NCBI RefSeq assembly: GCF_037042905.1
Contig: NC_087251.1
Location: forward strand, 39,248,001-39,312,000
Source: Lytechinus pictus
Taxonomy: Eukaryota
Reading direction: 5' to 3'
Length of the DNA: 64,000 nucleotides
This document shows, in pieces, positions 1 to 12,700 of this stretch (position 1 is the first letter of the stretch; every line of letters starts with the position of its first letter). Below the pieces are notes generated by a model. The model saw only the letters and a list, made by a program, of their open reading frames with translations. It had not been told where the DNA came from and made no database searches. The position numbers and the translations under genes are program-made.

Positions 1-1157
1 ACCCATGAAATGTATCACTGTTTTTTCACTTGGATTCTTATTATTTGATATCAGTCAAAGTTCAAAGAACATTATTTGAAATTTAGCTTTTGATATTTGA
101 AGCTCAAGTTAGATTTTTTGTCAAGACGGCAGGGGCAAGAAATATCTCAAACAAACTTGAACTTTTTTAAGTGCGTCTTGTAGCTTGGCAAAGGACAAAG
201 AGAACTAGATGGCGACGTAAACTTCGATAAGTTTTTTCCCAGTCTTCTCAAAATATTTTTCTTGTTTTTTAATGAATTTTCGTTAAAAAATGAAATCAAT
301 ATCGTATAAATGTCGGAAATGAAGTTGTATCCCATTTCCTACATGATTTAGGGATAGATCTTTTAGAAGGAAAGTAGAAATCTCGGAGGCGAAAATTTCA
401 GTTTTTTTCGCGGTACACGCATATGAATGGAACGCAATCCCTGGCTCCGTGGAGAGTAAGCACACGTTAGCGAATGATTTTTACTCTACAGTGCGAGTCA
501 GAAAAAATGTTACACTTTTTAAAGCAAGTGTTTTTGAAGAAAATGTGGGATTCAGAGAGAATTTCTAGCATGTATAGATAGAGTAAATATTCCTTTGTCA
601 CTTGGTAACATTTGTTTTAGTGTTGTTATGATTGAGTGCACAATATCCATTGTTTGAAAAAGTGTCAAAACCCATTTGCGCCAAGTCAGGTGATTACCTG
701 TACCCGCTGAAACAGATACAAGAGCATTCACACAAACAATGAGCGTGAAGTAGAAGTGAATGTTTATTAATCAAGAAAATAAACAAGAGAACCAGTAAAT
801 CAATAAATCATCTTCACTGAAAAGTTCCTTTTCATTGTCATTTTGGCCACAACTTGGATAAAGCTTCCCGCCTTCAATCTTTGCATGCTGTCGCCAAGCG
901 AAAGACAATGAAATCAAGATGGCGACGTAAACAAAAATGAAATCAATATCGTAGAAATGTCGGAAATGAAGTTATATCCCATGTACATGATTTAGGGCTA
1001 GATCTTTTAGAAGTAAAATACAAATCTCGGGGGCGAAATTTTGAGGTTTTTTGGCGGTACGTGTAGATGAATGCAATAGAATCCCTGGCTCTGTGGAAAG
1101 TAAGCTTACGTTAGTAAATGATTTTTATTCTCTAGGAGCTTCATGGCTAAGTAAGAC

Positions 1158-1597
1158 TAGACAGCTGGCAGCTGTTTCGAGGAGTTTTTTAAACATTTTT
1201 AATTTTTTTTAATTTCTGCTCGTACACAGACGGCTCGCTATCATGCAGCCACCATTAGGGAGTTAACAATGCAAAATACCCCCTGACGAGGCTCATCGAT
1301 TTTTTTATTCCATAAAAATATATAAAAAGAACTGTACCAAAATAAAGATTATTATTCCGTTTTGGCCTGAAATGCACCAAAACTGGGAAAAATAAACTTA
1401 AAAGGGGAAAAAACAGTGACTTACTTCGGCTGTCGTGCAACTTCACTTCCCTGTTTTATCCGAACTTAATACATAAACATATGGCCATTGAGTTCCTGTA
1501 CAGATCGAGCTAGAACTTCAGTCTCTGCATTTGGTGAATGGAGCCAACGGAGTCCAGCAGAACAACCAACATAACAGAGACCAAAGCTTTTGGTCTA
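1158..1597. mobile_element. Non-autonomous TAGAC-ended DNA element (hAT-like), 440 bp
   Basis: Termini TAGAC...GGTCTA. 8-bp TSD AGTAAGAC at 1150-1157 and 1598-1605. The right-end sequence is shared with the elements at 1621-2841 and 2851-3719. Confidence 0.75.
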
Positions 1598-1620
1598 AGT
1601 AAGACCTGCTTGTCACTGTC

Positions 1621-2841
1621 TAGACAGGAATAACCATCATTTCTGGGGATTTATTTAACAATTTCTGACATTTTACCATTATCCCCATTCACCGACGGTA
1701 GTGTGTTAGTGCGAGCCTGCATGTGTAATCAGGACCACCAATTCGGGCGACCGGGTTTTGTCTAGATTTTTTTTAAATTCTAAATGACATTAATTATCTT
1801 GAACGAAGGCCCACTGTTTTCGTTAGACTCTAATCTTTCTTTTGATACTATACATATTGCAAAAAAATATTGAAAATATACGTTACCGATGATTTATTCC
1901 TTATTTTTTACATTTTTCTGACAGAAAGGAAAAAATGGCAGCTGTGTGTTGCTGCCCTCTACGTTCACAAGTTGTGCTTTTATCAAGGCTTTCCGAATTT
2001 CGATATCCTGGCCAATCAATGCGAGCAACAAGTTCCGAACGCACGCACATCTACAAGCGCAAAGCAGCGGCACAAATCGCGATATATAGGCTTATAGCGA
2101 CTGGTAAATACGCCTGTAAGGCAGAAGAGGCGCACGGCCAATATGGGAGACTCTCTCCAATAGGGGAGACAATCTCCCACATTGGAGACTTGCTTTGCAA
2201 AGGGACAAAAGAAACAACACCAACAAAATTTTTTCCACCCAAAATTTTGTCTCACTGAGACTGTTTTGTGTGTGATTGACAACAAAAATCCTTATCAAAC
2301 AAAAGTAGACGGTGAAAAAGGGTAATTTTTCATGAGGAATCTGCTTATCACATTTTTATTTGCCGCCAAGGTAATCCTTTTGCAGCAAATGTAAACAAAG
2401 GAAATTGGTCTCCAAAACTGGAGACTGTCTCTGAAATTGGATACCCAAATTCTTTACAAAAGTCTCTGATATTGGAGATAATCTCCCACATTCGAGACAG
2501 TCTCCAATATTGGCCGTGCGCCTCTCGTCATTCAAGATGGCAACTTACATCAACCAACGAAAGGATCATCATTTGAAATTAGCGGTAACTGCGGTCTAAG
2601 GTACAATATATCTGAATTTTATATAATTTTCGTAAATTTGATGTAATTTCTTTTTTATATTATAATGTGACATTTAATGCACAAAAAAACGATCCGAAAA
2701 TCATGTTTCCGCCGAATGTTAGATCTAACGTTACTGCTAATACGTTGTCTGCACGTACGGGCCAAAATTCTTCAGTCTATGATTGGTGAGTGGAGCCAAC
2801 GCAGGTCGCAAAAATACAGAGACTGAAGCTTTTTTGGTCTA
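1621..2841. mobile_element. TAGAC-ended non-autonomous element, copy A (contains a nested MITE)
   Basis: Starts TAGACAGG and ends TTGGTCTA. Flanked by GTCACTGTC (1612-1620) and GTCACTGTG (2842-2850). Reverse-complement homologous to 2851-3719 along its length. Confidence 0.8.
2126..2525. mobile_element. 400-bp MITE nested in copy A
   Basis: 19-bp perfect TIR AGAGGCGCACGGCCAATAT and internal GGAGAC/GTCTCC repeats. The segment is absent from the homologous position in copy B. No clear TSD. Confidence 0.7.
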
Positions 2842-2850
2842 GTCACTGTG

Positions 2851-3719
2851 TAGACCAAAAGCTTCAGTCTCTGTATTTTGGTTGTTCCGCTGAACTGCGT
2901 TGGCTCACTCACCAATATATAGACTGAAGAGCTTGGAGGCCCGTACGTACAGACAACGTATTAGCAGTAACATTCGGCGGAAAACCAATTTTCCGATCGT
3001 TTTTTGTACATAAAATGTCACATTATGAAAAAGAAATCACATCCATATTAACGAAAAAATGTTTAAAATTCAGAAATATCGTACCTTAGACCGCAGTTAC
3101 CGCTAATTCCTTTCAAATGATGATCGAAACATCGTCATCTTCGATCCTTTCGTTGGTCAACGTAAGTTGCCATCTTTGATGACGTCATCATCCTTACAGT
3201 CGTATTTACCAGTCGCTATATATCGCGATTTGTGCCGCTGCTTTGCGCTTGTAGATGTGCGTGCGTTCGGAACTTGCCGCTTGCATTGATTGGCCAGGAT
3301 ATCGAAATTTTATTCGGAAAGCCTTGATAAAAGCACAACTCGTTCACGGCTGCCACACACACACACACACACACACGCCATTTTTTCCTCTCTGGCAGAA
3401 ATTTAAAAAATAAGGAATAACCCGGGGAATAATTCATCGGTAACATACGTTTTTGATATTTTATTAAACTTACATAGTTTCAAAAGAAAGATTAGTCGAA
3501 CGAAAATAGTGGGCCTTCGCGTTCAAGATAATTAATATGTCATTTAGAATCTAAATGAAATTAAAATCTGGACAAAACCCGTCCTCCGAATTGCCGACCA
3601 GATTACGCATGCAGGCTCGCACTAACACACTATTAGTATTACCGTCGGTGAATGGGGATTATAGTAAAATGTCAGAAATTGTTGAATAAATCCCCAGAAA
3701 CGACGGTTATTCCTGTCTA
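2851..3719. mobile_element. TAGAC-ended non-autonomous element, copy B (inverted relative to copy A)
   Basis: Starts TAGACC and ends CCTGTCTA. Flanked on both sides by GTCACTGTG (2842-2850, 3720-3728). Confidence 0.8.
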
Positions 3720-5371
3720 GTCACTGTGAGTGACTGTGTCTGTCAGTGTCAGTTTGATTTGAATTTGAGACAGTTCAATTATAAACTCAGCACACATTAA
3801 CCCACAACCAGTTCCTCTTCTCACAACATTCATTTGACAATGATTGAGCAGACGGTATGAATGTGCATACAGATTACAATTGCTAGCTGCAGCAGCAGCA
3901 GCTACATGTATGATGTAGCACCTAGCACTTACTTACTACTTAGCAGCGAGTCATGTACCCTAATCGGTACCGGTACCGTGCACGAACTGACGAAGCCATA
4001 CACGCAGTCTAGTGTATGGCTGCACGAACGCCGAAGGCGCGGCGAGAGTTGCCCTGCCCATAAAAACACTAACTTAGATTTACATCAGGATTTTTAAAGT
4101 CCAAACAAGATGGGATACAAAATTGAACATACCTCAAAAGTGACTGAGCTGTACTTATCATAGTCCAATCAATTCTACAAAAGTCTATCCGGCCTCATCA
4201 GACATTTCGAAGAGCTGGAATACGTATTTCAAAAGACCAACAACTCGACTCTTGATCTGCACACCGAATTACCAGGAAGACATTAGATAGAAAGTTACCG
4301 CAAAATGGCCGAGATTGGCGCACTGCATGCTGGGAAATTATCTTGCATGCATTTTTATCCTGCGATATTTGGTCGCCAAAAGGGGGTTTCCCCTGTTTCC
4401 CCACTCGGCTTCTTCGGCACCCCCTTTGACTTTTTGAGAATTTAACCACCCCCTAACAAATTATTGTTAATAATTATGAAAAAAATCTAGTATTAGTAAG
4501 AAATTGCATGACCCCACCCACTAAAGTTTGACCTTACCAGAAATCTCACACTTAAGATTTTTTTAATTTGAGCAGGCGCGGATACAGGGGGGCTAAGGGT
4601 GCGAGCGCCCCCCCCCAAAAAAAAAAGAGGAGGGAAAAGGGAAAAGAGAGGATAAAAAGAGAAGAAGATGAAAAAGAGGAGGAAGACGAGTGAATAAAAT
4701 AAGCGGGAAAATAAGGCGAGGGGAAGACCCAAGACTTGGAAAAAGTCTTTCATGTCGCTACAAAAAATATAAATTCACTCGCGCTTCGCGCTCGCATTGC
4801 ATGTTCAATGAGATATATATCTTGCTCAATAGGCTGATATGGAGCTTGAAATATCAAGTATTGAAGTCAATATACAACACATATTTCAGTTCGGACATCG
4901 AGCTTCCAGTATTTTGTTTGATTTACACATTGATTTTTCAAAAGTGCTCTGTAAAATGTTTGTTTTATTGTCTGAGTATCAGACAATAAAACAATACAAG
5001 CATTTGCTTTTTAGTGGATCCCTCCATTTTCACAGATCTATATAATGATAATGATAATATGCTTGTATTATGTACTATGTTTTTATATGATATATTAATT
5101 GTACATACCTCAATTTATATTGTTTGTATAAATTTCATTTGCAAATATCTTTGTAATTATTTTCGACCACTTTACTTTATTCTGTTGAAAATGAAATGAA
5201 AACAAATTGAACATTTTCATCCCGCGCAGCGCGCTCGCATTATTTGATTTGTCAAGTACCTTTTTTCTTCGTGGCCATAAAGTTCTCAAAATATCCCTTT
5301 TCGGGTTTGATTGTCAAAACCAACCAGCTAGCGCTGCGCGCTCACATTTTGATTGGTGAGTAATGTATACC

Positions 5372-7090
5372 CATAGGCGGATCCAGGGAGGCCAGGGGGC
5401 CCGCCCCCCCCCCCCCCCCCATTGGCGGAGCAAAAAAAAGGGAAAGAATGAAAAAAGGGGAAAGAAGGGAAAAGAGAGGAGAAAAAGAAAAGAAAAATAA
5501 GAGGAGGACTAGTGAATAAAATAAAATGAGAGGAAGACTTGAAAAATAAAACAAATCTTTCATGTCACTATATATAATATTTTTGCTCGCGCTTCGCGTA
5601 CGTATTGCTTGTTCTATGATACATATCTTGCTGATATAGAGCTTAAACTATCAACTTTTGACGTCAATATCAAAACATATTTCTACTCGGACATCGAGCA
5701 TTCAATATTTTGTTTGATTTACAAATTAATCTTTAAAAAAGAGCTTTGTAAAGTGTCCGTTTTATGGACAGGTCTGTATATGAACATTTTCGGTTCGTGC
5801 TGCGCGCTCGCATTATTTGATCTGCCAAGTATCTATCCTCTTCGTGTATTACATAAATTTCCAAAAATATCCCTTTTCAGGTCTGATTATCAAAACGTAA
5901 CAGCTGGCGCTGTGCGCTCTCATTTTGATTGAGTTATTTATACCTCTATAATTAATTCTATAACAAACTTCTTAAAATCCCCTATTCATGACAGTTTATC
6001 AATGACAATTTTCGGCTTGTGATTTGCAACAATAATTTCAGAATGGAATGTCGCGCTTAGGGAGATAGGAATAGGAAGATATTCATCATTTACATATGAT
6101 GGCAAATGTTCTTAGAATGTCGCATCATTTATTAAGTGCGATCCATATCCACTTCACAATTTTCCTATACACAGTACTTGAAATGGTGCTTAAATTTACT
6201 CTTTTTCAGCTTGGAATATCAAATATTTAAGCTCTAAATTTAGACCTATAGAATCTGGGTATTCTAAATACATTTTTTTTATCATAAGTCAATAATGCCA
6301 AGATTCTAGGTCTAAATCTAAAACACGCGCACAAATGTTTATTGAGATACACAGCTTGTTCTTTATTTAAAACGTTATAAAAGTTAACTATCCAGTTTCA
6401 GATCAGAATATCATAAATTTTCTGCTCACGCTTCGCGCTCGCATTATATTTGTATACAGGAAGATACCAAATTGCCAAGTTTTCATGATTTACAAAGCAT
6501 GAATAGAGAGAGTCTCGTTTTTAGGTCACTGACTCATTTTTTTTCCGCTCGCGCTTTGCGCTTGCATCAATCGATTAGTTATATACCCATCCTATTCATG
6601 ATTACAAAAAGTGCTTAGAATTCAATTTTTTTAGTTCAAAACGTAAAAAAAAAAAAAAAATCAGCTCGAGCTTCTCTCTCGCATTATTTGATTGTTGAAA
6701 TATGAATTGTCTTCATGGCTACCTACAAATAGTTCTTACAGGTCACTTTTCGATCAGGCTAGAACGTACATTAAAACTTTATTTAGTTACATACGCATCT
6801 TGCTCAGGATCATAAACATTGCCCAGAATGTTCCATTTTCAGGACAAAATACATGAAATAAAAAAAAAAGAAATTAGCTCGCAGTTCGCGCTCGCACTTT
6901 TTAAAATAGGGCTTATGACATTATTATATTATTATGTTGGGTTAAAAGAATAAAGCTATAGTGACGGTTAGGACTATACCACTTCTAAGAAACAAACAAA
7001 AATCAATTTTGAGCGGCTGATAGGGGATAATATGGGTGAAAAAAATTTCACCACCCCCCCCCCCCCCTCTTATGGGGGGATCCGCCCCTG
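5372..7090. mobile_element. Non-autonomous hAT-like element (1719 bp) inserted into an older related copy that starts at 4573
   Basis: Imperfect TIRs CATAGGCGGATCC...GGATCCGCCCCTG. Exact 8-bp TSD TGTATACC (5364-5371, 7091-7098). Recurrent internal GCTCGCGCTTCGCGCTCGCAT motif. 4573-5371 parallels 5372-5950. Confidence 0.8.
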
Positions 7091-9319
7091 TGTATACCTC
7101 TATTGTAATTCTATAACATCATTATTATTATTATTATTATAACTTCGTTATCAGATAATTTTCGTCACTTGATAAAGAGTTGCAGCGGCACTCGAAAGCT
7201 CGTGAACTTGTAAGCTAGTGAACACTTTTTGCGAGAGTGATCACGAATTTCCTTGTTGACCATAGTAGATTGCGAGACAAATGAATACCCTCTAGCGATT
7301 ATTATTATTATTATTATTATTACTTTCATTATTATTTTTATTCATTATCATAATTATCAATAGCATTATCATCATCATCATCATGGTCATATATTTGCAT
7401 GAATTAGGGATTACAACATGGTCCAAACTCACCAAAAATATCTCATTAAAATAAAAAAATATTGTTTCATTTTTAACAAAAATCTGGAGGTTGAAAAGAA
7501 TTGTACTGAACAACACTGTCTCTCATTGATTTCATGTTTAAAATGACTGTAGTCTTAACATATACCTTTTGATATAGCTATTAGTGATACAGGGGATAGA
7601 TTAGCCTATTATTCTACATGTATCTGTATTAAAAAAAAAACTAAAATGTGTTTTTTAAAGGAAAGGCAGTGTATATGGGCCCCTGTTTTACTAATTGGAA
7701 ACATAATTTCTGCGGTATGAATGTATTGAGTATAGTGAATTAGTCAAGTGGTCCCCATGCATATTACATGTACAAGACTACACTGCTCAGAATTTTGCAT
7801 TGTGGGTAATGAACCTGGCCGGATAGTTAAAGGCTTAAGGCATATAGGGTTATTAAGGCATGCTGGTTCGTATGTCCTTGAAGCTCGTCAATCCACAACA
7901 GTTCTGACTCTCAAACTTTCAAAACTTGAGCAGGCCTACACTAAAATAAAGAAAAAGCTAATTGGGTTAAAAATTGATAATAGGTCTAATTAGAGAAGAG
8001 GTGAGAGGGAGATGGAGAGAAGTGGGGGTGGTGAGCGAAAGGGGGTGGACAAAAGAAAGAGAAAGAATATGCAGAGAGATAGGAAAGAAAACTTAAATTG
8101 AGTCTCTGGTGATCTATTAGGGAGAAAGACCGTACGATAGCTGGCGCTAGACCATTGGTGGCAAACTGAGAAAAGCCAGAGACATGCTCAAGCCCGACAT
8201 CGGTATGGTGATCACATCCCCATTCACTTTTCTCCCACAATAATGTCGCGTATGTGTGTGTGGGAGGGGGAGTAAGGACTTTAGAAAGGAATCCATATTC
8301 AGATTGAGGCATTCATTGACATACAATGAAATCATTGGGTTATTTCATTTTCTTTTTCAACAACCAAATCAATGCTAAACAGTTGTAAATGATTAATATC
8401 AATACAAACAAATTACTATAAACTCATATCATCATTTCTAGAACTAAAGAATTATACATTTTATGAATAACGCTTACATTGTTATTTTTCAATTACCTTG
8501 GTTCGGTTTTCATAAAAACATTGGTTAGAACTATAAAGAATATATATAACCAACCACGAGCTTATGTAAGACATGTAAGAGGAAGGGGCACGGAGGCAGA
8601 GTACCCCCTTCCCCGACAGAATTTCAATGACCTTTTTAAAAGGAGCATATATAGGCGGACAGCCAGAGAAAGAAAATATTTTCATGGAGGGCCTACCACC
8701 TCCATTATATAAAAAGGAAGCTTTGACTTTCTTCAAATTATTAGGGAGGGAGACAAATAGATTTTTTAAAAAGAGTTCCCACACCAGCTTCGACCGTATC
8801 TTTTTATCAACTCATAATACAGGCAGTTGCGTATGAAGAGAATCGTGTTCAGTCATAGAAATTTGTCAAAATTTAGAAGTGAACACATTGAAAACTCACT
8901 GAAGTTTTAATGTCAAAGTTTTTTTTAAATATTTTACTCAAGCATGACTACTCAATATTCTATTCAATCTAATCTTTAGAAAACGTGTATGAACACTGCC
9001 CCAGGGCAATTTTGGAGGAAAAAAATTATTGAAATTCTATTTCATTTATTATTATTTATTAGGGTGGATTCATGATTTTTCTATTTTGGGTTATATTCAA
9101 ATTATTCCAAATTAACACATGTTTAATGTCGGTAATTTAATGTATGGTGTTGTAAATATTTCATTGTTATTTTTTCTACTTTCTTCATTTTTCATATATT
9201 TATATATTTTTACTTTATATGTATACATATATATCCAGATTGTAGCCGGGTTTTGGGGGTAATTTGTCTTTATATATTTTTACTGCGCCAAGAAATTTGT
9301 TGCTAGCCAACATCCTTTA

Positions 9320-9600
9320 TTACGTAATTTTCCCTATTATGACAAACCACGTGCTGGATACGCATGCGCAGCGCTCGTGTGTCTCTCATTGGACCAAAGT
9401 ATTTTGACGTCAAAAGGAATTTGCGGATTATGCCCCAACAAACTTTACTACGCATAGAGTTGGATAAATCCATAGAGATGTATACTAATTTAGTATATAT
9501 CTCTATGGATAAATCTAACTCTATGTTACTACGTAATTTTCCCGATGAAGACAGGGCATGCGCGTGTTTCTTATTGGACCAAAGTTTTGTGACATCACAA
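9320..9600 (+). promoter_or_regulatory. Putative promoter of the kinase gene (duplicated motif module)
   Basis: TTACGTAA 9320-9327, CACGTG 9348-9353, CGCATGCG 9361-9368, ATTGG 9388-9392 and TGACGTCA 9405-9412. A second degenerate copy of the module lies at about 9530-9600. The region is 120-400 bp upstream of the predicted ATG. Confidence 0.4.
9453..9525. mobile_element. 73-bp hairpin micro-MITE with 8-bp TSD
   Basis: CATAGAG...CTCTATG near-perfect palindrome flanked by TTACTACG at 9445-9452 and 9526-9533. Confidence 0.75.
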
Positions 9601-9716
9601 GACCGTTGCGATGCAACCATTATCATTTCAGCATTATCGTCATTCTGTGATATGATTCTTTAGAGTATCGTCTGTTTCTTCAAGAATCTCTTCATTTTTT
9701 CTAGACTAATTTCGTT

Positions 9717-12700
9717 ATGGATTGCTCAAATATCAAGTAAAAACTTATTTTTATTTACAATTTATGTGTATCAGTGGAATTGTAAACATGATTTTCAGTC
9801 AGGTATTCTCGTTCTACAAAAATATATCTCAAAGTGCGCATTTTCTTTTATACATTACAAATGTATCAAAATGTTTCTAAATAGATTTAGAATTATTTAT
9901 AGTTTTATATCATATTTCTTTGCATTTATATTCTTTTTATTTGTAATTTATGTTCTTTTGTTATGATATCCATTTGAAAATATATAAAGAGCGCCATTCA
10001 TTAATCTTAAGATAACTCAGACCTGCAAAAATATTTTTTTTATCTTGATTTTGATTGATGATTCTGTTGTTTGTTAAAAATCTGTTTGCTCTATATAAAA
10101 CAAAGTATGTTGTTGCTATTGTTTTTATCATTTTCGTTCTGATGATTATTACCACCGGTACCATTTTTATAAGATTTAGATAATAATAATTCATTCATTT
10201 ATTTATTATCGATTCGGCAATTACAATATACAATAAAAATTTCAACAAAATATGAATAGGGGCAGAGCCGTAGAAGGGTACTTGTAGCTTAGCTGCCTGG
10301 GTATGGGAAAAGCTAACTTGATAACTGTGACCCGAGGGTCTCCCTCCCCGACCAAGCTACATGTACCCAGAATTGGTCTGTGATAATAATAATTGATAGA
10401 ACATTAAAAGGAAGATAAATACACAAATAAACAACTAATAAATTTAAAGCAGAGAAAATAAATATAGACATGATTGATAATGTGGGATAACATTACAACA
10501 ACAATAATAATAATAATGATAACAATAACAATAATAATGATAATAATAAAATAATTATGATTTTTGTTTCAGACGTTCAAGTATTCGTGATCGTGTTGAT
10601 TATACACCTGCTTTCCGTGACGTCATATCTCATGGAGACAAAGTGAGGAATATTATAATTATATTATTTTGGAACTTCAATTTCAACCCTTTCAGTCATC
10701 TCTTTCTGATGCGTAGATTATCTATACATTTTTAACACTAATTTTATTTTAATATTTTTGTAAATATTAAGACACGTTATTTCTCCCCTATCTCTCTCCC
10801 TCTCTCTTCTAAGGGGTAAACTTGCAAAGGAGATTAGTGAAAGTTAAAAAAAAAATAGAAAAATAAGAAATTCATTTTTTTTTAATTATCTAATATTTCT
10901 AAAGTGCAATTCCACAGGCATAATGTGCTCAAGGCGCTGAATTATGAAGTTTTAACAATTTTAAAAGTTGTATGGGAATTTCAAATTGACTGCATATAAC
11001 TTTTGTCATCGTGATGTGATGTAGGATAACTCCACCATAATGCTCTATTACATAAAATGACTCAAACGACATCTTCCAAAATTTTAGTAAGAATCAAAAA
11101 TGCTTTTTTTTTTTCATGAGGACTTATCATTCTTGTTATGCTGTTTACTTTCCCAGGGGAAAAGGCGCTTAGGTAAAAATGCCTTCAGCACTGTTCTCGA
11201 CAAGTGTGTCCGATCTTCAGACTTCACGTCCACACAGCAAGGACAGGAGGGAAGCTCAGACCAATTCCTGATCAAACCTGATGAATTGATCGTGACTACC
11301 AATAAAGCCGAGACAAAAATCTCTGATCAGCAAGAAGAATGGTGCAAAGTCATTTCTCGGACTTGCAATGAAGGATCCAGGATCCTGCATCTTCTTAAGC
11401 CAAGTGACTTCACCACTTCATTGAGACCAAGTTCCAGTTCGGAGGAAGACTGGTTCTCCGCCTCTACTTCTAATAGATCAGCTGATCCCAGTGTCCCTCT
11501 GGTGTACCTTTTGAAACCGTGTGACTTGAAACCAGTGAGATCCAGCGGTTATTCCTCGGTGAAGTCCAACCCAGAAGGAGACAATTTTCCCCGAGAAAAC
11601 AGTATGGTTTTCCTTCTCCGCCCTTATGACTTCAGCCTCAGCAGAACTCTGATCTCTTCGTCTTCAAAGTTTGCTTTTGAAAAGGAGACAAATCTCTATC
11701 AAGACGAACTTATCAGACCAAGAGACATCAGCCAAGGTTACCCAGCCTCTTGCCAAAAGAGGTTCTCAGCATCTTCTTCGATCAGGGTGTCTTTTCTCCG
11801 ACCATGTGACATCACAAACTTTGGAACCGGAAGTACATCGTCTGGGCTTCATGTAGTCCTTCGAAAGGAAGTACTTCAAGCGACACGACAGCTTCATCTG
11901 CTCAGACCCTGTGACCTCACCGGATCTCCAAGCACTTTTCACAGGGTGGCCTACGTGTCTAGTCGATCCGAGCTCGCGCCATCATCTTCATCCTACTTCT
12001 CGACTTCTAGTCACCTACTAGACAGCTTCCATGAAAGCGTCTTCTCTGATGTCACAACTTCTCCAGAGATAAACGAGTCGAGTTTATCCGGATACCTCTC
12101 CCCAGCACCTATTGGATATATGCATTGTACAGCAAGCTACTCCTGCAAGTCCCATGGGTAAGCTTAAAGTCCTAAAGATGCAATATCAAATCATTCTACT
12201 GTTATGGCATTTCGTTCGCCTTTTAAATGTTATCAGACAAAGGAACGGATCGAATATTAATATAGGCACTGTTCACCTTAAAGTGATCATTTCACTTTGT
12301 TCTGATTTAAAAAATTCTTCTTTTGGTTCCTGAAAATGGGCTAAACATTAGGCTTATAGTGTAAAAATACCATCCCAAAAGTTTCAAAGTATTATATTTA
12401 CAGGATCAATTTTAAAACCTTGGAGATGTAAACCAAAGTTTGAAATAATTGGGAGTTGGTTTCAATGACTATGTGTATACAGGGAATCTGTGCACCACAA
12501 CACATTAATTCTAGATGAACACAGCATGACCTACATACAGTGTGTACAAGGTATACACTGAATGTACAGTGCAGCTAATAGTGTGTGTATAGGAGATACA
12601 CACAACAGAAGGCAGTCAAAATAGCCAACGGATTTTATGAATTGGAGAAAACTGGTCATAAGCTGAACCCGTCTACTAGACGGTTCTCAAAATCAGGCTT

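Noticed and set aside
1870..3446. ORFs 1870, 1935, 2016 and 3216 as a paralogous peptide family
   Set aside because: They lie within the inverted transposon copies A and B and the nested MITE, and frames are not conserved between copies.
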